Source: Octopus sinensis (taxonomy: Eukaryota). Taken from it: 64,000 nucleotides of DNA. The notes below the pieces were generated by a model. That model saw nothing but the letters and a program-made list of their open reading frames with translations, made no database searches and was not told where the DNA came from. A program made the translations under genes and the position numbers. Positions within the stretch are counted from its first letter, which is position 1; each line of letters begins with the position of its first letter. The stretch lies in the NCBI RefSeq assembly GCF_006345805.1, contig NC_042997.1, positions 205,220,001 to 205,284,000 on the forward strand. Direction: 5' to 3'. Of this stretch, positions 1-14,102 are shown one piece after another.

Positions 1-106
1 TTTCTCCTCATTGAGGGTCTGGCAGATACCTACTACTAAAGTGCCGTAGCACAGAAGTATTTTTGACTTCTATTTTCAGCGATGCAGGTACTCATGCAGT
101 ACTCTC

Positions 107-166
<60 letters not shown>

Positions 167-173
167 TATATAT

Positions 174-215
<42 letters not shown>

Positions 216-356
216 AATACACACATATGTATGTATGTGTATGTATATATACATAGATAGATATATGTAACAACAAACAATGCACAATCTTATCTTTATT
301 CAGGTCACACCAAAAAACCAGCCATTGTTTTAATTGCAGTAACTCACACACACACA

Positions 357-401
<45 letters not shown>

Positions 402-424
402 ACACACACATACAAACATATGCA

Positions 425-463
<39 letters not shown>

Positions 464-857
464 GTATATATTCTTTTATTCTTTTATATGTTTGAGATGA
501 CTGCGGCCAAGCTGCAGCACAGCCTTTAGTCGAAAATTCGAAAACTTATTCTTTGTAAGCCTGGTACTTATACTATCGATATCTTTTACAGAACCGCTAG
601 GTTACGGAGACATAAACACACCAACGTCGGTTGTCAAGCGATGGTGAGGGTATAACTCCCGACACACTGGCACACACGCGCAAACACACACACACATAAA
701 CGACAGGCTTCTTTCAGTTTCGCTCTACCAAATCCACTCACAAGGCGTTGGTCAGCCCGAGGCTATAGTGGAAGTCACTAATAACTAGGAAAATATGTGT
801 GTGTGTCCACGTGTGTTTTTGCGCGCGCGCGCGTGTGTATGTGTGTGTGTGCGTACC

Positions 858-892
<35 letters not shown>

Positions 893-1319
893 TTCTTTTA
901 TTATTTTACTCTTTTACTTGTTTCACTGATCTGATTGCGGCAATGCTGGATCACCAGCTTTAATCGAATAAATCGATACAGGACTTATTCTTTGCACTCC
1001 TGGTACTTATTCTATCCCAATGTTTTTGCCGAACTGCTAAGTGTCGGGGACATAAATACACCAACAACGGTTGTCAAGCGAAGGGGGACGGGGGACAAAC
1101 ACTGACGCAAACAACAAACGCATATGTATATATATATATATATGCGACGGGATTCTTTCAGTTTCCATCTACCAAACCCACTCTCAGGGCTTTGGTCGAT
1201 CCGAGGCTACAGTGGGAGACTTGCCCAAAGTACCACGTAGTAGGACTGAACCCAGAGTTATGTGGTTGGTAAGCAAGGTTCTTACGAAACAGCCACTCCT
1301 GCGCCTATACATACATACA

Positions 1320-1431
<112 letters not shown>

Positions 1432-1439
1432 CATATATG

Positions 1440-1500
<61 letters not shown>

Positions 1501-1530
1501 ATAATATATATAATATATTATATATATATG

Positions 1531-1562
<32 letters not shown>

Positions 1563-1563
1563 T

Positions 1564-1615
<52 letters not shown>

Positions 1616-1623
1616 TATTATAT

Positions 1624-1658
<35 letters not shown>

Positions 1659-2646
1659 CACATATGTACATATAGCAAATAAGAAAATGGAGTGGATACC
1701 AAACGGCAAGCATCATCCGGTAGACATTCCAGTGTGTCTGTTTATTCGAAAGCATTAGAAAGTATTAGAAGAAAACATACACATGTAGTAACCATGTGTT
1801 ACACACACATGTATTAATATTACAAGAAAGAGCAAAAGATCAGTTCCTTACGGCCGTTTCTGCTAAGAGGCAACGAAATCCTACATGCCATCTCCATCTC
1901 TTCAGTGTTCTGTAGGGATGGGCAGATAAGGTTTGGATGATGAGTGTGCCTCTAGGCTGCTTCAGAGGGTCTAAGTGGTTAGGAGGGCTAATACATATAA
2001 TTAACAATTAACAATAGGTGCAGTGTATTTGTCATTATAGAAAAGAGCAGAAAAACAATAGGAGCAAACATGAGACTGTGAGAGAAGGACAACTTATTGA
2101 AATGAATTAGGTACAGAAAGGGGAAATAAGCTACGAACTTCCCTTGGTGTAATCCAGGATCCATGTTATTCCATCCAATGGTGGATAGATGAGTATAGTC
2201 GTTCTTGGGAGGAGGTTTTAGGAAGGGCGAATTTAGGCATTAGTTCGCATTATGTTTGCATAGAAATTCACATTATGTTTACATAGAAATAAAGTGGTGT
2301 TACAGAGGTGAAAGTTCATATGTAAAGTGCCAGCTAGTAGGTTCGAATTTGCGGATGGAATGGCATAAGCAGCCTATGATGGTGAACCCACCATGGGAAA
2401 ATTTGGTATATAAGCGTACTAATGAGAGTAAGGAACCAGATGGTGACTAAAATGCACTATATATATGTATATGTATGTATGTATGCGACGGGATTCTTTT
2501 AGTTTCCATCTACCAAATCCACTCACAAGGCTTTGTTCAGTCCGAGGCTATAGTGGAAGACACTTGCTCAAGATGCCACGTAGTAGGACTGAACCTAGAA
2601 CCATGTGGTTGATAAGCAACCTACTTACCACACAGCCTCTCCTGCG

Positions 2647-2690
<44 letters not shown>

Positions 2691-3199
2691 AACTATATTA
2701 TTAAAATTAATAATTTTAACGGCGGCGCATCAGCATGGCCGCAGCTCTGACCTGAAACTAAAAAAAACATAGCATCGAAAATATATTTGTTTGTGTGTAT
2801 GAGTGTGTGCGTGTGTGTGCATATGTGCGTGCGTGTGTGATATATATATATACACAATATTAAAATTTATAATATCTACGAAACTATGTTTGTGTGTGTT
2901 TGTGTGCGCGTGTGTGTGTGTTTTTGTGTGTTTGTGTGTGTTTGTGTGTGTTTATGTGTGTATGTGCGTATGTTTGTGCGCGCGTGTGTGTGTGAAAGCG
3001 CTTGGCTTAGTGGTCAGTTTATTCGGCTCCCGATCATAAGGATATATTGTCGGTCGCGAGATCTACCTGGATTTTTGCAGAAGATCAGCGTGGAGCAAAA
3101 AGAAAAGAAGGAAAAAATCCTAATATCCTTAGATGCCGAGAACTTTCCTAAGAATCTTAACTGTCCCTAATAACACTGATTTCTGGAGAGAGGGGGACA

Positions 3200-3201
3200 G
3201 G

Positions 3202-3234
<33 letters not shown>

Positions 3235-3782
3235 GCAGAAATAGAAAAGTTGTCAGCCATAATTTATGCATAAATTAAAACTTACAGCTTAATTGACAGG
3301 GAAGTCGTCACACTGTTTACGTTCGGTCTGGGTAAATATCCTAAACCAGCGAAGCAGTAATAAAAGTGATTGTAATTATTATATCGGTTTCAAAATTTGG
3401 CACAAGGCCAGCAACTTCGGGCGAGGCTGTCACTCGTTTGTAACGACCACAGTGCTTGACTGATCGACCTTGAAATGATGAAAGGCAAATTTGAACTCCT
3501 GACGTACAGACAGATGAAACGCCGCAAAACATTTCACCAGACGTGCAAACGATTCCGCCAGCTCGACGCCTCACACTCGATTAATATCAAGTATTGCTCA
3601 CAGTAAAACTCACAGAGACTTTGAAATTATACTGCAACCTCTCTCCTCTCTCTGGTGTAAAGAGGAATAAGAAAGTTTTTAATATTTTTTAATCTAAACG
3701 AGGATGTGTATGAACTATAATTATAGTTTTTGGGGTTTTCTGCACTTAGTTATTTGAAGTGCTGGTCAAGTAACTCTGTTAA
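3200..3782. repeat. Inverted duplicate of ~22347-22915
   Basis: ORF 3341..3574(-) has the same translation as 22555..22788(+). The match extends into flanking non-SINE sequence. Confidence 0.85.
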
Positions 3783-4162
3783 TTGTTAATTATATGTATT
3801 AGCCCTCCTAACCAATATGAGCCAGAAAAATACGAGATGGCTACTTAAATGAAAGAACTTAAATGAAAGAGAAGAGCAGTACTTCAGATAATGTTATTCA
3901 ATAAATGTCTCTTTTATATTAGGTTATTCTTATTGTTATCGGAACATTGGTTTGAATATCGCCCAATCTGAAAAAAATATCTGAAAACTTTAGGAATAGC
4001 CTACAATCTAGGTGTATTGCAAAAGTCGGCATTAGCTGGAACTGCATGCCTATTGCGTAAAATGCTGTCTGTCTGAGGTCCTTGTTGTGACTTGACAAAC
4101 AGTACGATATCTTCAATGAACAACTTCACAATATTGTATACTGTGCGTCATGTATAATAATG

Positions 4163-4287
<125 letters not shown>

Positions 4288-6000
4288 TCCCAGAAGAGCA
4301 GAAAGGATGCCGCAAAGGCTCATATGGCTGTAAAGATCAACTAATGATTAATAAAGCCATAACTGAAGACAGCCACAGAAAGAAGAAAGGCCTCAGTATG
4401 GCCTGGATTGACTACAAAAAGGCGTTTGATAGCATCCCCCACACATGGATCCTCGAAACACTAGCCATTAACAAAGTAGCACCAACAATCAGAAAATTCA
4501 TAGAGTACTCTATGAATAAATGGCAAACAGTCCTACACCTCCAAACAAAAGAGGGACTCATGAAAACCAAAGACATCCCCATTAGAAGAGGAATATTCCA
4601 GGGAGACACGCTCTCTTCACACCTTTTCTGCTTGGCACTGTCACCTCTATCTGATATGCTAAATAGAACTGGATGCGGATATAAATGTTACGGCAAAACG
4701 ATCAGCCACCTTTTATATATGGATGACCTAAAACTATACGCTGCAAATGACAAAACAGCTGAAACACTATTAAAGACAGTTCATGGATTTACCAAAGAAA
4801 TAGATATGAAATTTGGATTAGAAAAATGCGCCAAAGTAACCATGAAAAGAGGAAAACTAGTTAAGAGTAACAGCATCACACTAGATAAAACAATGAAATA
4901 AAAGAATTAGACCAAAGCCAAACTTACAAATACTTAGGAATCCATGAACTAGATAAGACACAACACACACAAATGAAAGAGAAAATAAAAAAAGAATATA
5001 TAGACGAGTTAGATCAATACTAAAAACAGAGCTCAATGCTAAAAAACAGATATAGGTATCAACACTTTAGCTGTCCCAGTTATAAGTTACAGCTACAATA
5101 TCCTTAACTGGACACGAAATGAACTGACCAAAATAGATAGGAAAACAAGAAAAATAATGACAGGATCTAGGATGCATCACCCAAAATCTGACATAGAAAG
5201 ACTATATATACAACGTATAGAAGGTGGTAGAGGCCTTATACAGCTGGAAAACTACTATAAAATAACCACCATAGGACTGCAAAAATATCTACTTCAGAAG
5301 GAAGGAAAACTGATCCAGATAGCAGCAAAACACGAACAAAACAAAAAACTGTTCTCAGTATTTAAGGAAGCTGGCAAATACAAACAAGAAATCATACCAC
5401 CTAATAAACATGAAGAAGAAGAAGAAGAAGAAGATGAAGAAACAACAAAAGCTATAAAACAAATGAAATCCAAACTAAAAATAGAACAGCAACGAACCAT
5501 GATAAAACGATGGCAAGAAAAGCCCCTTCATGGTAAATACTGGACTAAACTAAACGCAAAAGAAATAGACAAAGAAAAATCCCAGCAATGGTTGAGAAGC
5601 TCAGGACTCAAAGCAGAAACAGAGGGATTTTTAATTGCAGCACAAGACCAAAGCCTCCCCACCAGAATTACCAAAAACATGTAATGAAAAGAAATATTAC
5701 AAGTAACTGCAGAATATGTGGAGATGGACAAGAAACAATAAATCATATTGTCTCTAGCTGCCCAGTCTTGGCTAAGAAGGAATATATTCACAGACATGAC
5801 AGAGTTGGAACCTACATACATTGGAAGCTATGCCAACATTATGGAATAACAACAGAAAAAAGATGGTATAGGCACACACCAGAAAAGGTCACAGAAAACG
5901 AGAAAGCAACCATACTCTGGGATATGCCGATACACACAGATAGAGAAATTAAGGCCAACAGACCAGATATAGTTGTCAGAGATCATGAAGAAAAAAATAA
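4288..6000 (+). mobile_element. 5'-truncated R4/Dong-clade non-LTR retrotransposon (RT plus restriction-like endonuclease), frameshifted
   Basis: RT motifs [22 protein letters not shown] and [15 protein letters not shown] finger CRICGDGQETINHIVSSC. RLE motif ANRPDIVV. Begins directly after (AAT)n 4154-4287. Confidence 0.92.
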
Positions 6001-6446
6001 GCATTTCGCCCGGCGTGCTAATGGTTTTGCCAGCTCGCTGCCTTCGATGTTCTAAATAATACATGTAATTCCTACTATATTCCGGTCGCCACCTTCCAAG
6101 TCTTGCATCTATCTATATGGCAATGGAAATCTTGAAAGAGACGAGTTTCTGTTAGAGGCTTACGGAACTTTAAGTCACATAGAATTGAATAAATTTTCTT
6201 CTAATAATATATGTAAATCTTACTGAATGTGTTGAATGCTCCTTCTCGTTTGTGTGTCCACGCAATTGAGGAGGAGCTGAAAAGCTCAATCGCAGAAGGT
6301 CTGGTTAGAGGCCCAAGCATTCAAGTTCACTTAGAATAACTGAAGAATTATTACGATAATTGAACCTGAGAGGGGTTGAATAAAATCTTAATTAATTGGC
6401 CCTCATGTATTTTTTTTACCCAAAACATTTCAGCCCCTCTCGGACG

Positions 6447-7086
6447 TATGTATGTATGTATGTATGTATGTATGTATGTATGTATGTATGTATGTATGTA
6501 TGCATGTATGTATGTATGTATGTATGTATGTATGTATGTATGTATGTATGTATGTATGTATGTATGTATGTATGCATGTATGTATGTATGTATGTATGTA
6601 TGTATGTATGTATGTATGCATGTATGTATGTATGTATGTATGTCGTATGTATGTATGTATGTATGTATGTATGTATGTATGTATGTATGTATGTATGTAT
6701 GTATGTATGTATGTATGATGTATGTATGTATGTAGTATGTATGTAGTATGTATGTATGTATGTATGTATGTATGTATGCATGCATGTTGTATGTATGTAT
6801 GTATGTATGTATGTATGTATGTATGTATGCATGTATGTATGTATGTCATTTTTCAGTTTTATTTCAAAATTTCTTGCCAATAGAGAAAGATCCAGTTTCT
6901 AACCTAGATCCAAGACTCCTTTTTTGCAATTTCAACATCAACAACGGTATTTTAATTTGTATGTATGCATGTATGTATGTATGTATGTATGTATGTATGT
7001 ATATGTATGTATGTATGTATGTTATGTATGTATGTATGTATGTATGTATGTATGTATGTATGTATGTATGTATGTATCTATGCATG

Positions 7087-7117
<31 letters not shown>

Positions 7118-7717
7118 GTATGTATGTATGTATGTATGTATGTATGTATGCATGTATGTATGTATGTATGTATGTATGTATGAATGTATCTATGCATGTA
7201 TGTATGTATGTATGTATGTAGTAGTATGTATGTAAGTGATGTATGTATGTATGTATGTATGTAGTATGTATGATGTATGTATGTTATGTATGTGTGTATG
7301 ATGTATATGCATGGATGTATGCATGTATGTATGTATGTATGTATGTATGTATTATGTATGTATGTATGTATGTATGTATGTATGTTTATATGTTGTATGT
7401 ATGTATGTATGTATGTATGTATGTATGTGTATGTATGTATGTATGTATGTATATGTATGTATGTATGTATGTAAGTATGTATGTATGTATGTATGTATGT
7501 ATGATGTATATATGTAGATGTATATATGTATGTATGATGTATGTATGATGTATGTATGTATGTATGTATGTATGTTATGTATGTGTGTATGTAGTATGGC
7601 ATGTATGTATGTATGCATGATGTATGTATTATGTATGTATGTATATGTATGTATGTATGTATGTATCTATGTATGTAGTATGTATGTATGATGTATGTAT
7701 GTATGTATGTATGTATG

Positions 7718-7749
<32 letters not shown>

Positions 7750-7758
7750 TGTATGTAT
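6447..7758. repeat. Large interrupted (TATG)n microsatellite
   Basis: Directly visible. A unique ~110-bp insert lies at ~6848-6958. Confidence 0.97.
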
Positions 7759-8029
7759 ATTTGTGAGAATTCAGCATCTCCTTTTCCAACGTATTAACTT
7801 TTGGCCGGCAGGTTGTGACATGAAGGAAATTTCTCAGCTACTTCTTGTGAGTAAAGCCTTCTTTTGGCGCTTGTGTCCTTTCATTGTTTTACGTCTGCGA
7901 AAAGAAACTCGTTTGTCAAGTTTTCTTTAGAAACAAAAATTGCAGTTTTGACATGTGCACTCCCATATCCATAAGTATGTATGTATGCATGTATGCATGT
8001 ATATATGCTTGTACGTATGCATGCCTATG

Positions 8030-8060
<31 letters not shown>

Positions 8061-8195
8061 TACCGGAGTCATTCTTGTTGCTTATTTTGATTATATATAT
8101 ATATATATACACACACACGCATTCATATGTGTGTTTTATGTGTGTGTTTTGTGTGTGTGTGCGTGTATGCTAATTACAGGGTAAGTAATTATATA

Positions 8196-8246
<51 letters not shown>

Positions 8247-8647
8247 ATATATATATATATAATACACACATACATACACACACAGAGTCATACATATATA
8301 TACATATATATATTCTATAAATACATCAAGCCAAACAAATTCGAGCGTAGTTTATGATGAAGCAGCCTACATGTCACCTCTTGGATAGATCCAGTTATAG
8401 TGAAAGAAAACAGAAAATTAATTTTGTTGTTTGAGAAATATTGATGTTTTTAAGAAATTGGTTTACATTTCCTTGTCCGGTATTTGTCGTAGGTTTATCG
8501 TTTAAAGTGAAAGACAGAGATAAGGTAAGTCAACTGTTGTTGTTGTTGCTTTTGTTTTTGATTTTTGTCTAGGTCAGCACAAACTGAGTAAAGGTATGAT
8601 ACAAGGTATTCCAACAATGACTACCTTTACGTCGATAAATATACATA

Positions 8648-9043
8648 TACTAGCAGTATCGCTCGGCGTTGCTCGGGTTTGTAAGGGAAATAACTATATA
8701 AGCATTTTTAGAGAGTTATAGCCAAAAAATAGCAAAAAAATGCATTAAAAATGGGAAAAAAATGATGGTAATTTTTTTAAATCGTTGACTCATCGTAGAC
8801 ATTTTAGAGTTACTTCCCTTATATAATAGCGAAAAAAATGCATTAAAATGGAAAAAAATTATGGTAATTTGTTTTTAAAATCGTAGACTCATCGTAGACG
8901 CACGCTAATACACAGAAGGGCTCGATATGAATCACGACTATAAGATACCCAGTTTTGGTTAAACTGCACCGCAAAATGTGGGAGTAGATAGGAATCTAAA
9001 TCGTAGGAGACAGACACACAACTTGACTTTTATATATAAAGAT
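8648..9043 (+). mobile_element. Non-autonomous Helitron/DINE-1-like element. Second copy at 15341-15738; related 5' end on the minus strand ending ~60303.
   Basis: Starts TACTAGCAGTATCGC(C/T)CGGCGTTGCTCGGG and ends CTTTTATATATAAAGAT. The two copies are highly similar. The class is inferred from terminal style only. Confidence 0.55.
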
Positions 9044-9507
9044 GTGTGTGTGTGTGTGTGTGTGTATTTTGAAGGTGTACTTAACGGTGAATTGATTTTT
9101 TTGAGATTGTCTGTTGATACTAAAAGGATTGCAGCGTGAAAGATGTGTTTGTCATTCCCAACCACGAAAAAAAAATGTCTTTTAAATTCACTTAGACATT
9201 TATTATTTGTTGATGTCATTTTTATCGCACGGACTGCAACCTCGTCACCGACAAGGTGATACTGCATCTAACTTGTGGAATTGCTGGTTGATACACAACA
9301 CACACACACACAACACACACACACACACACACACACAATTACACAAACATTTGAATTATGAATTCCGAATATTCGGGTCGGTCTATATCGGGAATTCTCT
9401 ATCTTCTGTACAAGAGATTTACCTGTTTTTCTTATCTGTTCATACTCGCATTAATATCATTTTTCGAAACCCGAAAGACGTTTTCTTCACTCAAACTATT
9501 CCCATGC

Positions 9508-9928
9508 TGGAGTAAAGATTATTTGCCAACATAACATGGCAGTCCTAGTTTAGGACGAATGTTGCTGTAATTTAGCCCCAGGAGACATCGTCTCCAGCTG
9601 GCTATACGACACGATCTGTATCCTTATATTTTCGAATAAGGGAATCTAGCACTCCCACCCACCTCAAAACAATATCTGTGTATCGGGATTTCCAGTTTTT
9701 TTCCTTTCATCAGCACAGAATAACGATCAAGGGAAATAACCCGGAAATCCCGATACACAGATATTGTTTTGAGCTGAGTGGGGTTGCTAGATTCCCTTGT
9801 TTGAAAATATAAGGACACAGATCATGTCGCATAGCCAGCTGGAGACGATGTCTCCTGGGGCTAAATTACTGCAACATTCGTCCTAAACCAGGACTGCCAT
9901 GTTATGTTGGCAAATAATATTTATTCCA
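9508..9928. mobile_element. Foldback/MITE with ~197-bp inverted arms and a ~27-nt spacer
   Basis: 9508-9704 is the reverse complement of 9732-9928 with scattered mismatches. Confidence 0.85.
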
Positions 9929-10254
9929 AAGTACTGTTACTGAATATCTCTCGTTGTGAGATTTACAAATAGTAATTTTCTATTCCCAGGTTAAAATAAT
10001 TCATTTTCATAGTTTGTTATCACACTTATCCATTCGACTGTTATTATTTATTTATTTTTGCCTTCCTTTTCAATCATCGGTCACATGACTTTGTCACGTT
10101 CATCACAGAACACACGATGCGTACAGTATCTGCCTGTTCTGCTCCATTCCTCATTTCTATAGGAAAGTCTCGCAACGATCTCACTGCAGTCTTTTCAAGA
10201 ATCTGCATTTTTTATTCCTAGAAGCTGGATAAAACAGTATTATTTATTCTTTTC

Positions 10255-10760
10255 TACTCAAGGCCAGAAATTTTGGGGGAGGGGACCAGTCGATTAGATC
10301 AACCCCATTACGCAACTGGTACCCCGAAACGATGTAAGGCAAAGTCGACCTCGGCGGAATTTGAACTCAGAACGTAAAGACAGACGAAATACCGCAAAGC
10401 ACTCTTTTGTGCTCTAGGCACAAGGCCCGACATTTTGAAGGAGGGGGCCACTCGATTAGATGGCCCCCAGTACGCAACTGGTACTTAATTTATCGACCCC
10501 AAAACTATGGAAGGCAAAGTCGACCACGGCAGAATTTGAACTCAGAACGTAAAGACAGACGAAATACCGCAAAGCACTCTTTTGTGCTCTAGGCACAAGG
10601 CCCGACATTTTGAAGGAGGGGGCCACTCGATTAGATGGCCCCCAGTACGCAACTGGTACTTAATTTATCGACCCCAAAACTATGGAAGGCAAAGTCGACC
10701 ACGGCAGAATTTGAACTCAGAACGTAAAGACAGACGAAATACCGCTAAGCATTCTTTTCT
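10255..10760 (-). repeat. Tandem trimer (175-bp period) of the same SINE family
   Basis: gtcgacc at 10344, 10519 and 10694. The second and third units are essentially identical. Confidence 0.85.
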
Positions 10761-11215
10761 ACTCTATGTCAGCAAAGTAATGGAGCGCATTGTCAGCAAT
10801 AAACTAATTGCATTCCTTCAAGATAATGACTTGCTCCCTGACACCCAGCATAGCTTTCGCTCGTTAAGCACTATGACTGGGGGTTGAAACAATTAATGAA
10901 TTGCTCAAACGTGATATATCTCTACTTTTCAAAGGCCTTTGTTAAAGCTGATCATGGGATATGTCACCATCTACGGAGACTCGGCATAAGTGGCAAAATC
11001 GGAAGTGCTTGCATGACTTCCTAAAAATCAGAAGCCAGACGGTAGCATCCAACGGAGCCCTCTCCAAGGAGACAGTAATAGACAGTGAAGTGCCTCATAG
11101 AACTGTATTGCGGCCGCTGCTGCTCATGGTGACTCTTTCAGATAGGCCATCAGTTACACAGACAGCCACATATACTAGCTATGCCGACGATACAGAAGTA
11201 GTACAAGTAGTCAAT
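10760..11215 (+). mobile_element. Decayed CR1-like RT fragment
   Basis: SKVMERIVSNKLIAFLQDNDLLPDTQHSFR, SEVPHRTVLRPLL and YADDT. Confidence 0.75.
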
Positions 11216-11518
11216 ATCAAGGTAGGAAACACAAGAGTAAATAAAAGAGACAGAGACAAGCAGAAACAAGGCAAATGCCCCTTCTATTTGAATACTATGC
11301 AATATTCTTTTAGAAAAATTTTTCTTTTAATTTTTCTAAAATTTAATTGTTTTTCATACTTACAGTTGAAAAAGTCGCAATGACTGAAACCGGTACTGAA
11401 ATGTTTTTATAAAATTATTTTAGTAGTTTCTACCTTGACTTTTTTCATATATATATTAACTCGTGTGTTCCTTTTCAACCTTCTACATATACATATATAT
11501 ATATATATAATATATATA

Positions 11519-11556
<38 letters not shown>

Positions 11557-11727
11557 TATAGGATAAAATATTTTTCGGGAAAAACATTTTATCAATGGCC
11601 AGCATATCAAAAAATGCCTTTAAAGGTAAAATATATAATTTACAAGATAAGGGCAGAAGAAAAATTCTAATACCAGATATACCGAAACAAAAAATTGTCG
11701 ATAACCATAACATAAATATATGTTCTA

Positions 11728-11743
11728 TATTTTTGTTTTACAG
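11728..11743 (+). promoter_or_regulatory. Putative 3' splice acceptor 10 nt upstream of the ATG (5'-UTR intron). Equivalents end at 30151 and 43198.
   Basis: Polypyrimidine tract plus TTACAG in all three 5'-complete copies, each followed by a 10-nt spacer ending ACGAAAT and then ATG. Homology between copy 1 and copies 3/4 is not evident upstream of the AG. Confidence 0.6.
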
Positions 11744-11753
11744 GTAACGAAAT

Positions 11754-13976
11754 ATGGCTGTCATGCAGACGATGGTAACAGGAGCCTGTTCTCTTATTCT
11801 TTCAATCATTCTTCTTATCACACTGACATCATTGAACATCGATGCGAAGGAAATCAGAAATAATTGTGATATTAAAATTTCTTCCAATGTCAGTGAGATT
11901 TTATCTCGTTCAGTAAAATCAGGCAAAAAAGTTTTCAATTTTGAAGTCCAGTTATCCGATAAAAAGCTTGATGACCTTCTGAAACCCATACGAATGGATT
12001 ATTTCGCAAACGCAAGACATTTTACCTAGATTCCAGATGTACCTAATGGTTTCATAGTACATAAAAAGTTTTTCTATACTTTTAAAATTCACAATTTTAA
12101 TTTGTTAGATGTCTACATTGCTAATCCAAGGATTGATGTCGAGATAAATTGTGGAAAACAAAATATTCAGAGAAACGATTTAATATATTTAATTTTTGAG
12201 GAATTGAAAAATATCTTATTTATACCCAAATTGCAAACGGTAGAATCTGGTTTCATGTGTTTTTATATAAATCTGTCTTATGATTTGAAGAGGAAAAGCC
12301 CTTGCGTATTTGAACTTTACAGAAGAATAGGTATAAATCGAAATATACTGAAGAACTATTGCTGTGTGAGAAATAAGAATGAAAGTCGTGTTTATCACAC
12401 CAAATCCATTTGTCCAGGAAAAATCATTGAAAATACTATGTTTTACAATTATGCAACTATCATCGGAGCAGTTTTGTGGGTATTTTCCCCATTGTTTATA
12501 AGTTTTGTATCAAAAGCGAAAGTACCTTCACATTCCCGTCAACTCAATCTGCCACTGTTTGCTCACGATGAATTCTTATTTACAATTAAAAACACATTGC
12601 CACACGAATCCGAGTGGTTAAATGGAAAACATAATATTTACACATTCTCTCATTTTCTGTCTTGGGTATTTTGTTTCCACAATTACTCTTTCCTTGCCTC
12701 AAGACTAAGAAGATTCCTTTGTATTCTATTTTCACTTTCAGTACTCTTTCTGGATCTTTTGATGCATTACTTCTTTTTATATGAAACAATAGAAATTCTT
12801 TACCAAGATGGCATACCATTGGGCTATCGCGCCCTAATATTAGGAATAACAGAAAGTTATGATAATACAGATGGCTTCTTGGGGGGTCCGTTTTTGTGGT
12901 TCACGGTCTACATATTTTTTAGCTTTATTCTCTTCGTTCTTCCCAGTCGAACAAGTGAGACTGTCGCTTATAATACATTACATCAAAGATCCACTTTCAC
13001 GTTTCTCATTCAAAATAAGAGATTATTAGAGAAGTATGGCAGTTTAAATGTTTCTACTCTACATGATTATGATCTACTCTATGCAGTAATGGAAGCTAAT
13101 ATTTCTACTGCTTTAAACCCAAATTTCTGGTATTTAATAATTTATACTTGGATTAATCGTATAAAGAAAATTTGGTTATATTACTACAGGAGAAATATTT
13201 TCTGGCGATTCCTTACACTTTGGCTCTTTATTTCCATTACAATTTTATTTGCTGTATTTTCTGTCTGCGAATTATTTCTGTGCCTCGTTTATTATGGAAT
13301 CCCAATTGTTTATCTGATTTTAACTTTACCATTAAGTTATTTCAGAGTTTATATTTACTCCCTGTATTTGAATCCTAACTATATTTTCAAGATTATTGCT
13401 TTCATTTTAACATTCATATCGTTTCTATGTTTTATAATATGGGGAATTTATTCAATCTATATATTTCTTACAAGTTTTGAAACCATCTGCACGTATATAT
13501 TTTCATCAGCTATTGCAGTACTTGCTAAGCCTGATACTGTTGGTGATATATGGTTTGTTTCCATGTTTCTTCTCTATGGTATTGCAATCATAAAAGCTAT
13601 TCAGAAACGGTATGAGTTTATTCTGCTTGAATCCATAAAGCTCGCCAAAAGTCTTCGTCCAAATTTAGTTCAGTCAAAATATGGGGAAGAATTCATAGAT
13701 GCCAGTTTGTTCAAGACAATTGTTAACCGTCATTTTCCATTGAGATTCGAGATTGGTAAATCCATTGTAAAACTGTTTCTAATCGTATCTTTTTTCTTTG
13801 CTTGCAACAATATAATAAGTCGAGAAGACTTGAACTTATCAGCGTTCACAAGGATTACTTTGATATTGATGACGTCTATGATACCTAAATTTTTGTCTAT
13901 AATAAATACAGATCGTAGGTTAACAATAACCATGTTAGATGAAATAGTCGAAACAATAAATGTATTTGAAGAATGA
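11754..13976 (+). CDS. Copy 1 of uncharacterised signal-peptide/ectodomain/multi-pass membrane protein family. 740 codons with a single in-frame TAG at codon 92 (12027-12029), so either a nonsense pseudogene or an editing/readthrough-restored gene.
   Basis: ORFs 11754..12029 and 12102..13976 are in the same frame (offset 348 nt). The intervening 24 codons (IPDVPNGFIVHKKFFYTFKIHNFN) align without gaps to copy 3 (IPEEPDGLIAYKNFYYDFSMHSFN). tttaccTAGattcca corresponds to tttaccTGGattcca in copies 3 and 4. Confidence 0.85.
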
Positions 13977-14102
13977 AATTTATAACAGATCTATTTATGA
14001 AATTGTTAATACTTTTTGAAAAATAAACTATTCCGGTATTCTCCAAATTATTTACCTGTCTTTCATAAAATGGCGTCACCTGTATATTAGTAATAATATG
14101 TG

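Noticed and set aside
6351-7930. Many YVCM/HTYI and YIYI ORFs here and elsewhere
   Set aside because: These are translations of (TATG)n, (TA)n and (CA)n microsatellites, which lack stop codons by construction.
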